Below are positions 39,651 to 49,454 of a DNA stretch of 64,000 bases, in pieces. Position 1 is the first letter of the stretch, and every line of letters starts with the position of its first letter. The position numbers were made by a program, and so were the translations under genes. The notes under the pieces were generated by a model that was not told the DNA's origin, searched no databases, and saw nothing but the letters and a program-made list of their open reading frames with translations. The stretch is from Theionarchaea archaeon (GTDB taxonomy: Archaea; Methanobacteriota_B; Thermococci; Methanofastidiosales; SZ-28-30). Where the stretch lies: assembly GCA_018992685.1 (NCBI GenBank), contig JACVGT010000009.1, positions 36,247-100,246 of the forward strand, in the 5' to 3' direction.

Positions 39651-40604
39651 CTAGGTAAATTCAGGATCCATGAGTTGAGTAAGGAGGAGATGGTAGAGCG
39701 ACGTGGATATTTTGAGGGTTTCCAGGAGGAGCAACCCTTTTGCGATGGCTGAAGAAACATTGGTCCATTTCTCGTAAGGAGTAGTATCACCAGTGACTTT
39801 GTATTCAGGTATTCCCAATGTCGCTGTGGCCATCTTCATCAAGGGGTTGTCAAGGGGATTGACCCCCATTTTCAGTGCACCCACCCAGTCCACGGCCAGT
39901 GCAGACGTTCCTCCGATGAGCGTTTTGGTATGATTGAGATGTTCAATCACACACCCGTTCAACCCGTCACTGCTCCAGAAAGCATCTATCAAGGCAAAAT
40001 CCGGGGGAAACCTTTTCAGGACATCCAGCGTGGCCCGTTCCCATCCCACAGGTTCATGATAATGGTTCCACTTGTCCTGGACAGGCAAGGTGCCGAAAAC
40101 ATTCTTCATGGACAGGGTGTACAGGCAGGCCAGGTGGGTCTTATTTTTGCAGAAAGTTATTCGGTAGTCTGCATTTTTCCACGTGGTTCCCACAAAATCG
40201 TTCTTGAGCTCTCCCTGATAGTCGAATGGTTCTGACTCTTCTGTCAGATCTACCAGAGTATACCCTTTACCTGAATATCCCATGGTTCTGGCCACGAGGT
40301 GCACTGTTCTTTTTGGAAACCATTGGGTGTAAATGTTTCTTGATTCCACCACCGCCGCATTGTACCCCTCTTCGCTGATCCTCTTTGCCAGGTATTCCAC
40401 CAGTTCAGGATCTGTACCCACATGGAGATGATTTTTTGAGTAGATAACCATTATGTTCGGCTTTATAGCTATTAAAGCCTCTGATTTCTGTTTGTTTCTT
40501 TGAGTAATGATATGATTCACGTGGGTGAAGAAAGAGGTCTTCTCTATGAGGTTGTCCATGGCTTCTCTCTTGTCCTCTTCCGTAACGACAGCAACCACAT
40601 CCAC
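39651..40604 (-). CDS. DUF362 family protein
   Basis: IKPNI, TDPELV, KNKTH....TLSMKNVFG, AVD. Confidence 0.85.
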   Translation of the reverse strand: MDVVAVVTEEDKREAMDNLIEKTSFFTHVNHIITQRNKQKSEALIAIKPNIMVIYSKNHLHVGTDPELVEYLAKRISEEGYNAAVVESRNIYTQWFPKRTVHLVARTMGYSGKGYTLVDLTEESEPFDYQGELKNDFVGTTWKNADYRITFCKNKTHLACLYTLSMKNVFGTLPVQDKWNHYHEPVGWERATLDVLKRFPPDFALIDAFWSSDGLNGCVIEHLNHTKTLIGGTSALAVDWVGALKMGVNPLDNPLMKMATATLGIPEYKVTGDTTPYEKWTNVSSAIAKGLLLLETLKISTSLYHLLLTQLMDPEFT

Positions 40605-40846
40605 GACATCACCGTCTCTGGTCCTCCAGTGTGTTTAAGAAGATTTCGGAAGCGAAAAGGGAGCAACCGTCAGGGGATTTCAGATTCACCAAGAGGGGCA
40701 GCCTTTCTGAGGTACGGATTGGTCCAATTCTCATGGTCTGTCTTGTTCGTTGAGTGAACTAGCTCAATGTGGCCCTTGTTCATGTTACGTATCGTTAGAA
40801 AAGAGTTTTAAGCACAGACGTCTAGCCCTTCAGAAAGGTGCATTAT

Positions 40847-41395
40847 ATGGATCTGGACGAAGCAATAAAGGGGAGAAGGAGCATTCGACGTTACCTTGCC
40901 AGTCCCATTCCAGAGGAGTTGATCAGAGCAGTTCTTGAGGCAGCCACCTACGCTCCTTCAGCAAAGAATGGGCAACAATGGCGATTTACAGTGCTCACGG
41001 GAAGCGCCAAGAAGGAATTGACTGATGTTTTCAGGCAGGAATTGAGGATTTTGTCCGAGGAAATTGGCCCAGAGAACATGGGGTCGTCTTTTGGTTCCTG
41101 TGCCATCATGGAGGAGGCACCTGTGGTAATTGTGGTATGGAATGCTGGAGAAGAAGGTTGGGAAACTGAGACCCACAGTGTTGCAGCAGCAATCCAGAAC
41201 ATGCTCTTGAAGGCCCACGGACTGGGACTGGGTTCCTTGTGGATTGGAGACATTTTCTATGTTCCTGAAGCCTTTATGCGGCATTTTGGAAAGCCATGGG
41301 AATTGATGGCAGCAGTTACCCTTGGGTGGCCCGATCAAGATCCTGATCCCCTGCCCAGGAAGCCGGTAGACCTGGTTGCAGAGTTTCTGGATTAG
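40847..41395 (+). CDS. Nitroreductase family protein
   Basis: RRSIRRY, APSAKNGQQWRF, AAAIQNMLL.AH.LGLG. Confidence 0.92.
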   Translation: MDLDEAIKGRRSIRRYLASPIPEELIRAVLEAATYAPSAKNGQQWRFTVLTGSAKKELTDVFRQELRILSEEIGPENMGSSFGSCAIMEEAPVVIVVWNAGEEGWETETHSVAAAIQNMLLKAHGLGLGSLWIGDIFYVPEAFMRHFGKPWELMAAVTLGWPDQDPDPLPRKPVDLVAEFLD

Positions 41396-41530
41396 AGTAA
41401 CCCTGTGCACAGGTCAAGAAAACACTCGTTCATGCTACGAACAGATTGCGGATCTCTCTGGAGGGTGTACCCTCTTTTAGATGAGCATATCTGATTGAAC
41501 CCCACTGCTAGCATACATTGGAGGAATATC

Positions 41531-42412
41531 ATGAGAACAGTACTGGGAACGCTATCGGAAGTAGGTCGAATAAATCAGATAGTCTTACGTAGACCAGAAC
41601 AGGCCTTTCTGAGCCAGGAGAATATAGATAGACAGTGGCGTGACCTAGCCTACACAGAGAGGCCAACCCTCACCAAGGCGGTTGCAGAATACAACTCTTT
41701 CGTGTCTCTGGTCAGGGATCAGAATCCAGGTGTCCATTTTCTCCCTGCTTCTGAAGACCTGACTCTGGACAGCCTGTATGTACGCGATGCTCTTGTTTTA
41801 TGTCCTGATGGCGTTGTCCTCTGCAACATGGGAAAGCCTCAAAGGAGACATGAGCCTGCTGTCGCAGGATCCTTTCTTGAGTCTCTGGGCGTCCCTGTTC
41901 TGGGGTCTATCAGAGGGAACGGACACGTGGAGGGTGGCGATGTGGTCTGGCTGGACGGAACTACCGTAGCTGTGGGGCGCACCTACCGCACGAATAGTGA
42001 AGGGATAACTCAGTTCAGATCGTTTTTGCATGACGTGGAAGTGATTTCTGTCCCCCTCCCTCATTACAGAGGACCTTCTGACGTGTTTCATCTCATGTCC
42101 ATTTTAAGCCCCATCGATATTGATCTGGCTGTGGTGTACTCACCTTTGATGCCCATCCCTTTCCGGGAGGTTCTCATAGAGAGGGGCATCCAGTTGATTG
42201 ACGTACCAGATAGCGAATTTGAGACAATGGGATGTAACATTCTGGCTTTAGCCCCTCGCAGATGCATCATGGTGGATGGGAATCCCGAGACGCGTCACTT
42301 ATTACAACAGGCAGGTGTACAGGTATCAGAATATCGAGGGAAGGAGATTTCAATCAAAGGGCAGGGAGGGCCCACCTGTTTGACTCGTCCCTTAGTGCGT
42401 GAACCTCCATAG
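41531..42412 (+). CDS. Amidinotransferase / dimethylarginine dimethylaminohydrolase-like protein
   Basis: YVRD, EGGD, RTN, FHL, GGPTCLT. Confidence 0.88.
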   Translation: MRTVLGTLSEVGRINQIVLRRPEQAFLSQENIDRQWRDLAYTERPTLTKAVAEYNSFVSLVRDQNPGVHFLPASEDLTLDSLYVRDALVLCPDGVVLCNMGKPQRRHEPAVAGSFLESLGVPVLGSIRGNGHVEGGDVVWLDGTTVAVGRTYRTNSEGITQFRSFLHDVEVISVPLPHYRGPSDVFHLMSILSPIDIDLAVVYSPLMPIPFREVLIERGIQLIDVPDSEFETMGCNILALAPRRCIMVDGNPETRHLLQQAGVQVSEYRGKEISIKGQGGPTCLTRPLVREPP

Positions 42413-42581
42413 CAAGGTAAGGTGCCGTCATTCCTGACAGTGTGCCTTCCTGTAACACCGATATTGTCAATAGAATCAAAATAATTCAGAAGAAACAATA
42501 AGAATCAATAACGGATATGTTTATATAGAATAACTTTCTATAAGTATTGTCTTTCGGGAATAGTATCAGGAGGTTGTTTTA

Positions 42582-43148
42582 ATGGATGTTGGAAAAGCCA
42601 TAATGACCAGAAGAAGTATTAGAGACTACCAGAAGAAATCAGTGCCAGACGAGGTTCTGGTAGATATCTTGGAAACAGCACGATGGGCCCCCAGTCCAGT
42701 CAACAGTCAGCCCTGGCGGTTCATCGTCATACGAGACAGAGAGACCCTTGCTGGGATCATGGCCCATGCCAAGTACGGTTCTCATCTCAGTGATGCTCCC
42801 ATGGCCCTTGCAGTTATTGCCACCGATGTGGAGAGGTTCCACTGGTTCAATGAAATTGAGGAAAACAAATATGCAGCAGCTGTGGTGGCAGATAGTATCA
42901 TGCTGGCTGCATGGGAAAAGGGTGTAGGCACAGGATGGGTTTCAGTGAGCCGGGACGATGTGAGAGGAATTCTTCGAGTCCCTGACGAGTACACAGTGGT
43001 GGCTGTAATCACCATGGGCTACCCTGTGACGGTTGAGCCTCACCAAGATGCTGACAGGTGCCCTGTGAATATGATGGTTTTCTCTGAGAAATTTGGTGAA
43101 CGATTCCCCCGCATTGACAAGCAATGGGTAGAAGAGCATCACAGGTAG
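42582..43148 (+). CDS. Nitroreductase family protein
   Basis: RRSIRDY, APSPVNSQPWRF, GVGTGW. Confidence 0.92.
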   Translation: MDVGKAIMTRRSIRDYQKKSVPDEVLVDILETARWAPSPVNSQPWRFIVIRDRETLAGIMAHAKYGSHLSDAPMALAVIATDVERFHWFNEIEENKYAAAVVADSIMLAAWEKGVGTGWVSVSRDDVRGILRVPDEYTVVAVITMGYPVTVEPHQDADRCPVNMMVFSEKFGERFPRIDKQWVEEHHR

Positions 43149-43229
43149 GTTTTTTATTTTCTCTATTATTTGTATTTTTGAATAATGACAGAGCAAAAAT
43201 AGATAGAAAATCAAAAAAGATAAAAAGAA

Positions 43230-44783
43230 TCAGCTGAGTTCCTGCTCAAATTTCTTGATGAGAGTGTCCAGTTTCTTGAGTTCTCCCTGATCCAGAACTT
43301 CTTTGATCAGTTCATCTGTAGCAGCATCGATTTCGCTGCGTATTTCTTCCAGTGTTTTCTGGTCTTTTATGGATACCGTCTTTCCGTTCTTCGTTATTTC
43401 GCCTGATTCTTCCCGCACGGTCAGTTGGAATCCTGCTGAATGTAGGACTCTCTTGTTCTCCTTGCAGATGAGTTTCATCTTGCCTGAGTGGAGGATTTTC
43501 TTCTCCTCGTCCACAACCAGGTCTAGATTCTCTCCCTTTACGGTCAGTTTGTCGTTTACTGTAATCTGAGTGTCTCCCTTCACCAGTACTGTCTTCCCGT
43601 TGGTGTTAATGGTGATATCTTCATCTTTGGACCGAATCTGAAGATACAACCCTCTGCCTCTGAAGCGACGAGTTCTCGGATATGAATCCAGGAGATGCCA
43701 GGGTCCAATGCGGACCTGTTCCTTTTCTGAAGTTTCTCTGACTTCAAGAGGTCCAACCTTAACATATTCCCCTTGAGGTGTCTCTCGCACCTTAATAAAT
43801 GGCAGATCAACCTGTGTTTTCTTCAGTTTTCTTTTCACCTGATCGGCAAGCTTTCCTTGCAGCTGCACCCGTGCAATTTCCAGGACCTCTTCTTTCTTCA
43901 ATCCAATGTCATCAAAGGCCTCCTCACCTGCAGGTGCTACCAGCTGTTCAGCTTTCACAGATCCCCACTCACGTCCTGCAGCTACAGTCACACCCCTGTA
44001 CACATCTTTGTACATTTTGAGGCGTGCATCCACAGCGTAGGAACCTTCTCCAAGGTAGATACCACCAATTTCCTTTCCTACTGCTGCCACAGGGACATAC
44101 AACGATCCCTTGTTCAGTTTGACATTGGCGCTGTTGCGGGAAATCACCAGATCCTCCTGCAGGGTGTAAATTTCTTCCTTAATTTCTGGTTCCGTATCCT
44201 CTTCATCGTCGATCTCAACGAAGAAGGAGGGAGGCCGTTTCAACCCTCCCAGAATGTATCCCAGCCCTATGGCGACTATTCCAACCACCAGTGCATAATC
44301 TTCCCAGGACTGGAAGATATCAAAGATCTTGATGAGAATCCAGAACAGGAAGGACACTCCGCCGACCGTAAAGAGTACAGAACGCGCTGCCCAGTATCCT
44401 GCCCTCTGTTGCAGGGCTCTCACCGAATACCCTAAGAGCAGCAGTATGATGCCCGCTCCCAGGAAGTAATCAATGTTGAATCCTACGTCCATGGCACCAA
44501 ACCAGCCTATCCACCGCAGTATTTCGAATCCAAACCACAGTCCCACCAGAGGCCATCCCAGGTTGGTGAAGAGCTTCTGGATTTTTCTCCCTGTGGAGTA
44601 CCTCGATCTGAACGCCGTGGGTATTTTGGAGAGCAGATGAAATCCTACTGCTACCTGCAAGAACTCCACTTCGTACTCATAGGCTCCCAGGAAATCAGTC
44701 AATGCTGCAATGAGCCATAGAATCACAAATACACCTGCTATACGTCCTAAGACGTCCTTGACTGTTTTTAGATCGTCTTTCAT
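43230..44783 (-). CDS. Membrane protein with C-terminal beta-rich region
   Basis: About 6 N-terminal TM helices; in operon with Zn-ribbon and ArsR genes. Confidence 0.7.
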   Translation of the reverse strand: MKDDLKTVKDVLGRIAGVFVILWLIAALTDFLGAYEYEVEFLQVAVGFHLLSKIPTAFRSRYSTGRKIQKLFTNLGWPLVGLWFGFEILRWIGWFGAMDVGFNIDYFLGAGIILLLLGYSVRALQQRAGYWAARSVLFTVGGVSFLFWILIKIFDIFQSWEDYALVVGIVAIGLGYILGGLKRPPSFFVEIDDEEDTEPEIKEEIYTLQEDLVISRNSANVKLNKGSLYVPVAAVGKEIGGIYLGEGSYAVDARLKMYKDVYRGVTVAAGREWGSVKAEQLVAPAGEEAFDDIGLKKEEVLEIARVQLQGKLADQVKRKLKKTQVDLPFIKVRETPQGEYVKVGPLEVRETSEKEQVRIGPWHLLDSYPRTRRFRGRGLYLQIRSKDEDITINTNGKTVLVKGDTQITVNDKLTVKGENLDLVVDEEKKILHSGKMKLICKENKRVLHSAGFQLTVREESGEITKNGKTVSIKDQKTLEEIRSEIDAATDELIKEVLDQGELKKLDTLIKKFEQELS

Positions 44784-45124
44784 ATGAAATCACCTTCAAT
44801 ATCTTTAATTTCTTTTATGAGTTTCCAGATGTCTGAAAGCCCTAGACTGATGTTTATGCTGTTCTCAGAGATGTCGATTTTTCCTTCTGCTCGCAGGGTC
44901 TTTACCAGCTTCAGGAGTTTTTCCAGCTTGTCTGACTCAACTGTCTCCGCACCAAGAAACCGTTCTCCACATGTGCAGTGAAATTCTTCCATCTCAAAAT
45001 CGGACAACGTTTGGTCCCAGTCTCTCATGTAATCACCAGGATCAATGTCCTTTTTCACCTTGATTTTCCGCCCGCAGTGCGGACAGGTTACTGAGAAAGA
45101 AACACGGTTATTCAATGACATCAC
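44780..45124 (-). CDS. Zn-ribbon hypothetical protein
   Basis: CPHCG and CTCG. Confidence 0.65.
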   Translation of the reverse strand: MMSLNNRVSFSVTCPHCGRKIKVKKDIDPGDYMRDWDQTLSDFEMEEFHCTCGERFLGAETVESDKLEKLLKLVKTLRAEGKIDISENSINISLGLSDIWKLIKEIKDIEGDFI

Positions 45125-45596
45125 CTTTCTTTACATGAAGGAAGCCCACCAGGCGAAGGGCGATCTTCCCGTAGACGGTAATCAAGTATCTGCCCCGGTA
45201 CCGTTCCTGTTCTGCATACCCCGCGTCCATCAAACTGGAGAGATGAAATCGCAGAGGACTGTGCTCGAGCCCTGTAAGCTCCACCATATCGGTGAAATAC
45301 TTGCCATCAGTGTACAATGCCTGCAGGATTTTTAGTCGTTCACTGTTGGCCAGGGGTTTGAGGAGTTCTGCTGCTTCTTCAGGTTTGAAATCAGTGTATT
45401 CTTCGTAATACTCTTTCTGCTCCGACAGAACCTTTCGTACTTCAGCCACAATCTGCTCTGTTTCCTCAGATGGTTCAGGGAGAGGTTTCTGTTGTTTGAG
45501 CAGTTCGTCTCTCAGCTGTCTCATCTCCGCTCTCAACTCTTCTTTGAGTTCCTTTTTCACTTGTTCTATGTCTTCCATGCTGTCACCATTGTACAT
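45108..45596 (-). CDS. ArsR-family winged-helix regulator with coiled-coil N-terminus
   Basis: LANSERLKIL..L, LRFHL..L, Y.IT..G. Confidence 0.85.
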   Translation of the reverse strand: MYNGDSMEDIEQVKKELKEELRAEMRQLRDELLKQQKPLPEPSEETEQIVAEVRKVLSEQKEYYEEYTDFKPEEAAELLKPLANSERLKILQALYTDGKYFTDMVELTGLEHSPLRFHLSSLMDAGYAEQERYRGRYLITVYGKIALRLVGFLHVKKGDVIE

Positions 45597-45843
45597 TTCT
45601 ATGTACCTCTAGTGCTCTCCTATTTATAAATCTTTCGGTTAAAATGTATTTTAAATATATTGAAGTATTAGTAAAGTGCATTTTGATGAACTATCGAAGG
45701 GATGGGAAAGGGAAATCGAGGGTTGTGGACGGTGAAAGTGACATTGGAGGCATTCCATCAGGGCTGGAGAATGAAATCAGCTCCTGTGATACAGGCTCCA
45801 GACTCCTTGCACGAGCCCCCCCTTCCAGTATATTTTTATAGTC

Positions 45844-46347
45844 ATGGAATCATGGAGGTATATGCTCGTGATTCTTGACGGAGACGGGACATTGTGGAGT
45901 GGAGATATTCTGGCAGGATATCTGACTACCCCCCTCCACCAGATTGATGAGAACACAATAGTAGATCATCAGGGGAAGAAGATACACTTGAAAGAAGAGG
46001 CGAGAAAAGTACTGGAAGAGCTTCACGAAAGAAACATTTTTGTGGCATTAGCCAGTCAGAACAGGAAATTGCCGGTTATCGCATTGTTAAGGAGACTGCA
46101 GCTGACTCCGTATTTCAATTTCCTGGAAGTTTCGTGGACAGAGAAGGATGAAATGATACACAATATCTTGGGGATTTTTGAGAAAAAGGGAAGAGACCCT
46201 GGTAGAGTCTTTTTTGTGGATGATTTTGATTACAACCTGGAAATCGTGCAGGCAAATCCTGAATTGTCTCATGTAACGTGTATTAATGCTTCAGAATTGG
46301 ATTCCCTCAGGGACATTCTGGACATTGTGGGGACCCAGATTGAATGA
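45844..46347 (+). CDS. Magnesium-dependent phosphatase-1 (HAD IIIC)
   Basis: DGDGTLW, ASQN, FVDD. Confidence 0.85.
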   Translation: MESWRYMLVILDGDGTLWSGDILAGYLTTPLHQIDENTIVDHQGKKIHLKEEARKVLEELHERNIFVALASQNRKLPVIALLRRLQLTPYFNFLEVSWTEKDEMIHNILGIFEKKGRDPGRVFFVDDFDYNLEIVQANPELSHVTCINASELDSLRDILDIVGTQIE

Positions 46348-46558
46348 GTGTCCAGAGTTACATGGTGACCTCATGTGGCAATCTGAGTCCGCTTGCTGCA
46401 TTGATTCTCAACCTTTTAAAGCCTTTCCATATGAGTACTGCTGATACAAGGTGAGACTCCAGATGTATTCCCGAGAGCAGAGAACATCACCGGGTGTCGC
46501 TGCATATAAAACCAGGGCAACCCCCTCCTATCGTTAGGGCCCAGTGATTGATTGCAGT

Positions 46559-47512
46559 CTAGAACTCCCCTCTTTCACCAAATACAATCCTTCTCACACG
46601 TTCCTGGGTTTCCTGAGGAGGAGTTACCGTGTTTACCATGTGTGATTCTGCTCGTTCGAAATAGTCTCGAAAGAAGTTGGTCCTGATGCGCAGCTTTCTC
46701 TCATCACGCACTAGCTGGTGAGGGTTACAGAAGTCATTTCTCACCATGTATTCCAGAGCTTCTTCTGGTGAGAGGCGATAGTACAGTTCATCGTCGGGTT
46801 CTCTCTCCAGAAGGATGACTTTCACAATGCAGGTTTCGTCCTTGGCCCTGCTCACTCCCAGAACATGGCGGATATCAGCAATAGCCCTCCCCCTGTTGTC
46901 CAGCCTCTTGGTTTCTACCAGAGATTCAAACTCGGGATATATGGAGGCAATGTCCTCTCGTATGTAGCAATTCCTTTCTGAGGCTCTAGCCAAAACAATG
47001 TCTCCCATGATCCGGGTGTAGTACCAGTCATCAGACACAAGACGTGCCCCCTTTTTCAGCAGAAGTCCATACGAGTGAGTGGTCTTCCCCATACCTGAGG
47101 GAGCAATGATTGAGACTCCTCTGCCTTTGAAGTCTATCGCTGCCCCATGGACTGAGTGCCTGGAGTGAATGGATACATATTCTTCCAAGAAGTCGCCTGC
47201 CACAGCCAGAGCCAGACTCTTCACCCAGCCGTAATAGTCTGAATTGAAGATGAAGCAGGTCTTGCTGACAGGTTCGTACAACACCCTGAACCCTTCCTCA
47301 TCTGACAGAGCAAAGATTCTGCCATGAGGTCTGATGTATTCACTCATCTGTTTGAAGTTATCTCCCCACATGTCCTTGAACTCGTGATTGTCAGTGTTCA
47401 GTTTGATGCAGGCGCCTGCGAGTTCAGCTTTTCTTTCGTAGAATACTCTATTCTTAAGTTTTTCCAGCAATTCGTCCTTCTTGTCAGGAGTAATCAGCAA
47501 AGCCTGGTACAT
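46559..47512 (-). CDS. HPr kinase/PEPCK-like P-loop protein
   Basis: HGAAI, APSGMGKTT, LVSDDW. Confidence 0.8.
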   Translation of the reverse strand: MYQALLITPDKKDELLEKLKNRVFYERKAELAGACIKLNTDNHEFKDMWGDNFKQMSEYIRPHGRIFALSDEEGFRVLYEPVSKTCFIFNSDYYGWVKSLALAVAGDFLEEYVSIHSRHSVHGAAIDFKGRGVSIIAPSGMGKTTHSYGLLLKKGARLVSDDWYYTRIMGDIVLARASERNCYIREDIASIYPEFESLVETKRLDNRGRAIADIRHVLGVSRAKDETCIVKVILLEREPDDELYYRLSPEEALEYMVRNDFCNPHQLVRDERKLRIRTNFFRDYFERAESHMVNTVTPPQETQERVRRIVFGERGEF

Positions 47513-47766
47513 GGTTCATGATAGAGGAGCAGTTATAAATAGGTTTTCCTCCGTGTATTTTGTTGTGATGAGATGCGAAAGGTGTCCCCTGTTTCATTGC
47601 ATGCATGAGGATTATATTCAGGAGGACTATTCATTCAGATTGCCAGAGATGGTTCCTTCAATTGCGTTGTTGATGCAGTCTTGTCCTGAATTGATTCAGG
47701 TCGGACAGACTCCAGGTTGCCACCTGTAGCTCTTCTCTTCCTTCTCAGATATAATTCAAATGTCGT

Positions 47767-49158
47767 CTATGGTGCAGCATTCTTTTTTATCACTTTTTCC
47801 TTCCACATCCCTGTTTTGAAGAGAGCGAGGGCTATGACGGCTCCCAGGACATTACTCAACCCCATGCCGAACCATACTCCACTGGCACTCCAGCCAACCA
47901 CAAATCCGAAGACATACGCAAGAGGTATCCTCAACCCCCACAACCGCGAGAGCTCAATCACCATGGATGGAACATTGTGGCCAGATCCCATAAAGCATGC
48001 ATTGACAGCACTGAACACACCAAAGAAGGGAACGCCGAACAGAAATACCCTGATAAAAGTATCACCTGCTGCAATCACCTGAGGATCATTGATGAACACC
48101 TGGATTGCGAGCCTTCTCAAAGGGAACAAGACACAGCATCCAATCACGAGAATAGAGAACATGAGAGCCATCCCTTTTTTGGCTGCCTCTTCTGCTCGTG
48201 ATACATTGTTGGCTCCAAGACTCTGACCCAAGATGGTAGCAACCCCCACCCCCAGTCCATTGATGGCTATGAACATCAGATTGATGATTCTGTCACCTAT
48301 TCCGTAAGCGGCCAGGACAGCTTCCTGGTTGGGGAGGCGGGCAATAATATACATGAGGATCACAAACCCAAAGGCCGTTCCTGACTGACCAACAGAAGCA
48401 GGAATCCCAATTCTCAGGATCTGGGTAATTCTCCATTTCACCGGTTTCAAGCAGGAAACAGATAACTTGATGCCTGCTTTCCCTGAGAAAAGAATGTAGA
48501 GAGCAATAGCAGAGGAAACAGACTGGGAGAGGACTGTGGCTGTCCCTGCTCCTATGACTCCTAGACGGGGAAGCCCCACCAGCCCGAAGATGAGCAATGG
48601 GTCAAGGACCACATTCAGCAGTACTGTGGCGCCCTCCACCTTCATGGGAGTAACAGTATCTCCATATGCTCTCAAAATGAATCCGAAGATGAATGATATA
48701 AACATAAAGGGAATGCCCATAAAGATTATTCTCAAATACGTGGTGGCAAGTACAGCAATTTCCTCCTTCAGTCCAAGCAACTCAACGATTTCTGAGGAAA
48801 ACAAGAATCCCACAACACCTATGCACACCCCCATGACCGCGGAAATGAACAGGACCTGACCTGCTGATTCATTCGCTTCTTTTGGGTCTCCCGCCCCTGT
48901 ATACTGGGATACCAGCGCTACCCCTGCAGAACCAAACCCAAAGGCCAGTGAAATCAGGAGGAAGATGATGGGCCAGGAGATCTGGAGAGCTGCCACTGCG
49001 AAGGTACCTTCCGGAGGAACCAGCTTCCCCAGCCAGAACGTATCTACCAGGTTGTACATAGTGTGCAAAAGGTTGGTGACCATGATGGGCCAACCCAGCA
49101 CGAACAATGTCTTGACTATTGGACCCTCCAAAATATGATTCTTCGGAATTTGTGCCAT
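47767..49158 (-). CDS. MATE family efflux transporter
   Basis: LYN/MYNLVDTFW, NVVLDPLLIFG, G..GAG.AT; about 12 TM. Confidence 0.93.
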   Translation of the reverse strand: MAQIPKNHILEGPIVKTLFVLGWPIMVTNLLHTMYNLVDTFWLGKLVPPEGTFAVAALQISWPIIFLLISLAFGFGSAGVALVSQYTGAGDPKEANESAGQVLFISAVMGVCIGVVGFLFSSEIVELLGLKEEIAVLATTYLRIIFMGIPFMFISFIFGFILRAYGDTVTPMKVEGATVLLNVVLDPLLIFGLVGLPRLGVIGAGTATVLSQSVSSAIALYILFSGKAGIKLSVSCLKPVKWRITQILRIGIPASVGQSGTAFGFVILMYIIARLPNQEAVLAAYGIGDRIINLMFIAINGLGVGVATILGQSLGANNVSRAEEAAKKGMALMFSILVIGCCVLFPLRRLAIQVFINDPQVIAAGDTFIRVFLFGVPFFGVFSAVNACFMGSGHNVPSMVIELSRLWGLRIPLAYVFGFVVGWSASGVWFGMGLSNVLGAVIALALFKTGMWKEKVIKKNAAP

Positions 49159-49454
49159 CGGTGCCCAATATAGGGACAGCTTATAAAGATTTTCGGTAGA
49201 CAAGACAGCAATATTCTTGCAAAGGCAGCTTCTGCTTACGCTTGTTTTGCCGATTTTTCCTTACATGGCATGAGTCCTACGCAGAAGTTCCTAAAGATAC
49301 ATTTCTGAAAAATCGTGTCACGAAATGGTATGATATCGATGAAGACCGTAGTTCCTGCAGGCATTTGCACGACCAGTTAACTCTGCCGCTTCATCTGTAG
49401 ACCTGACCCGGCCACGACCAAAACTTATAAATTCCCTCTTTTTGCTGTGATACC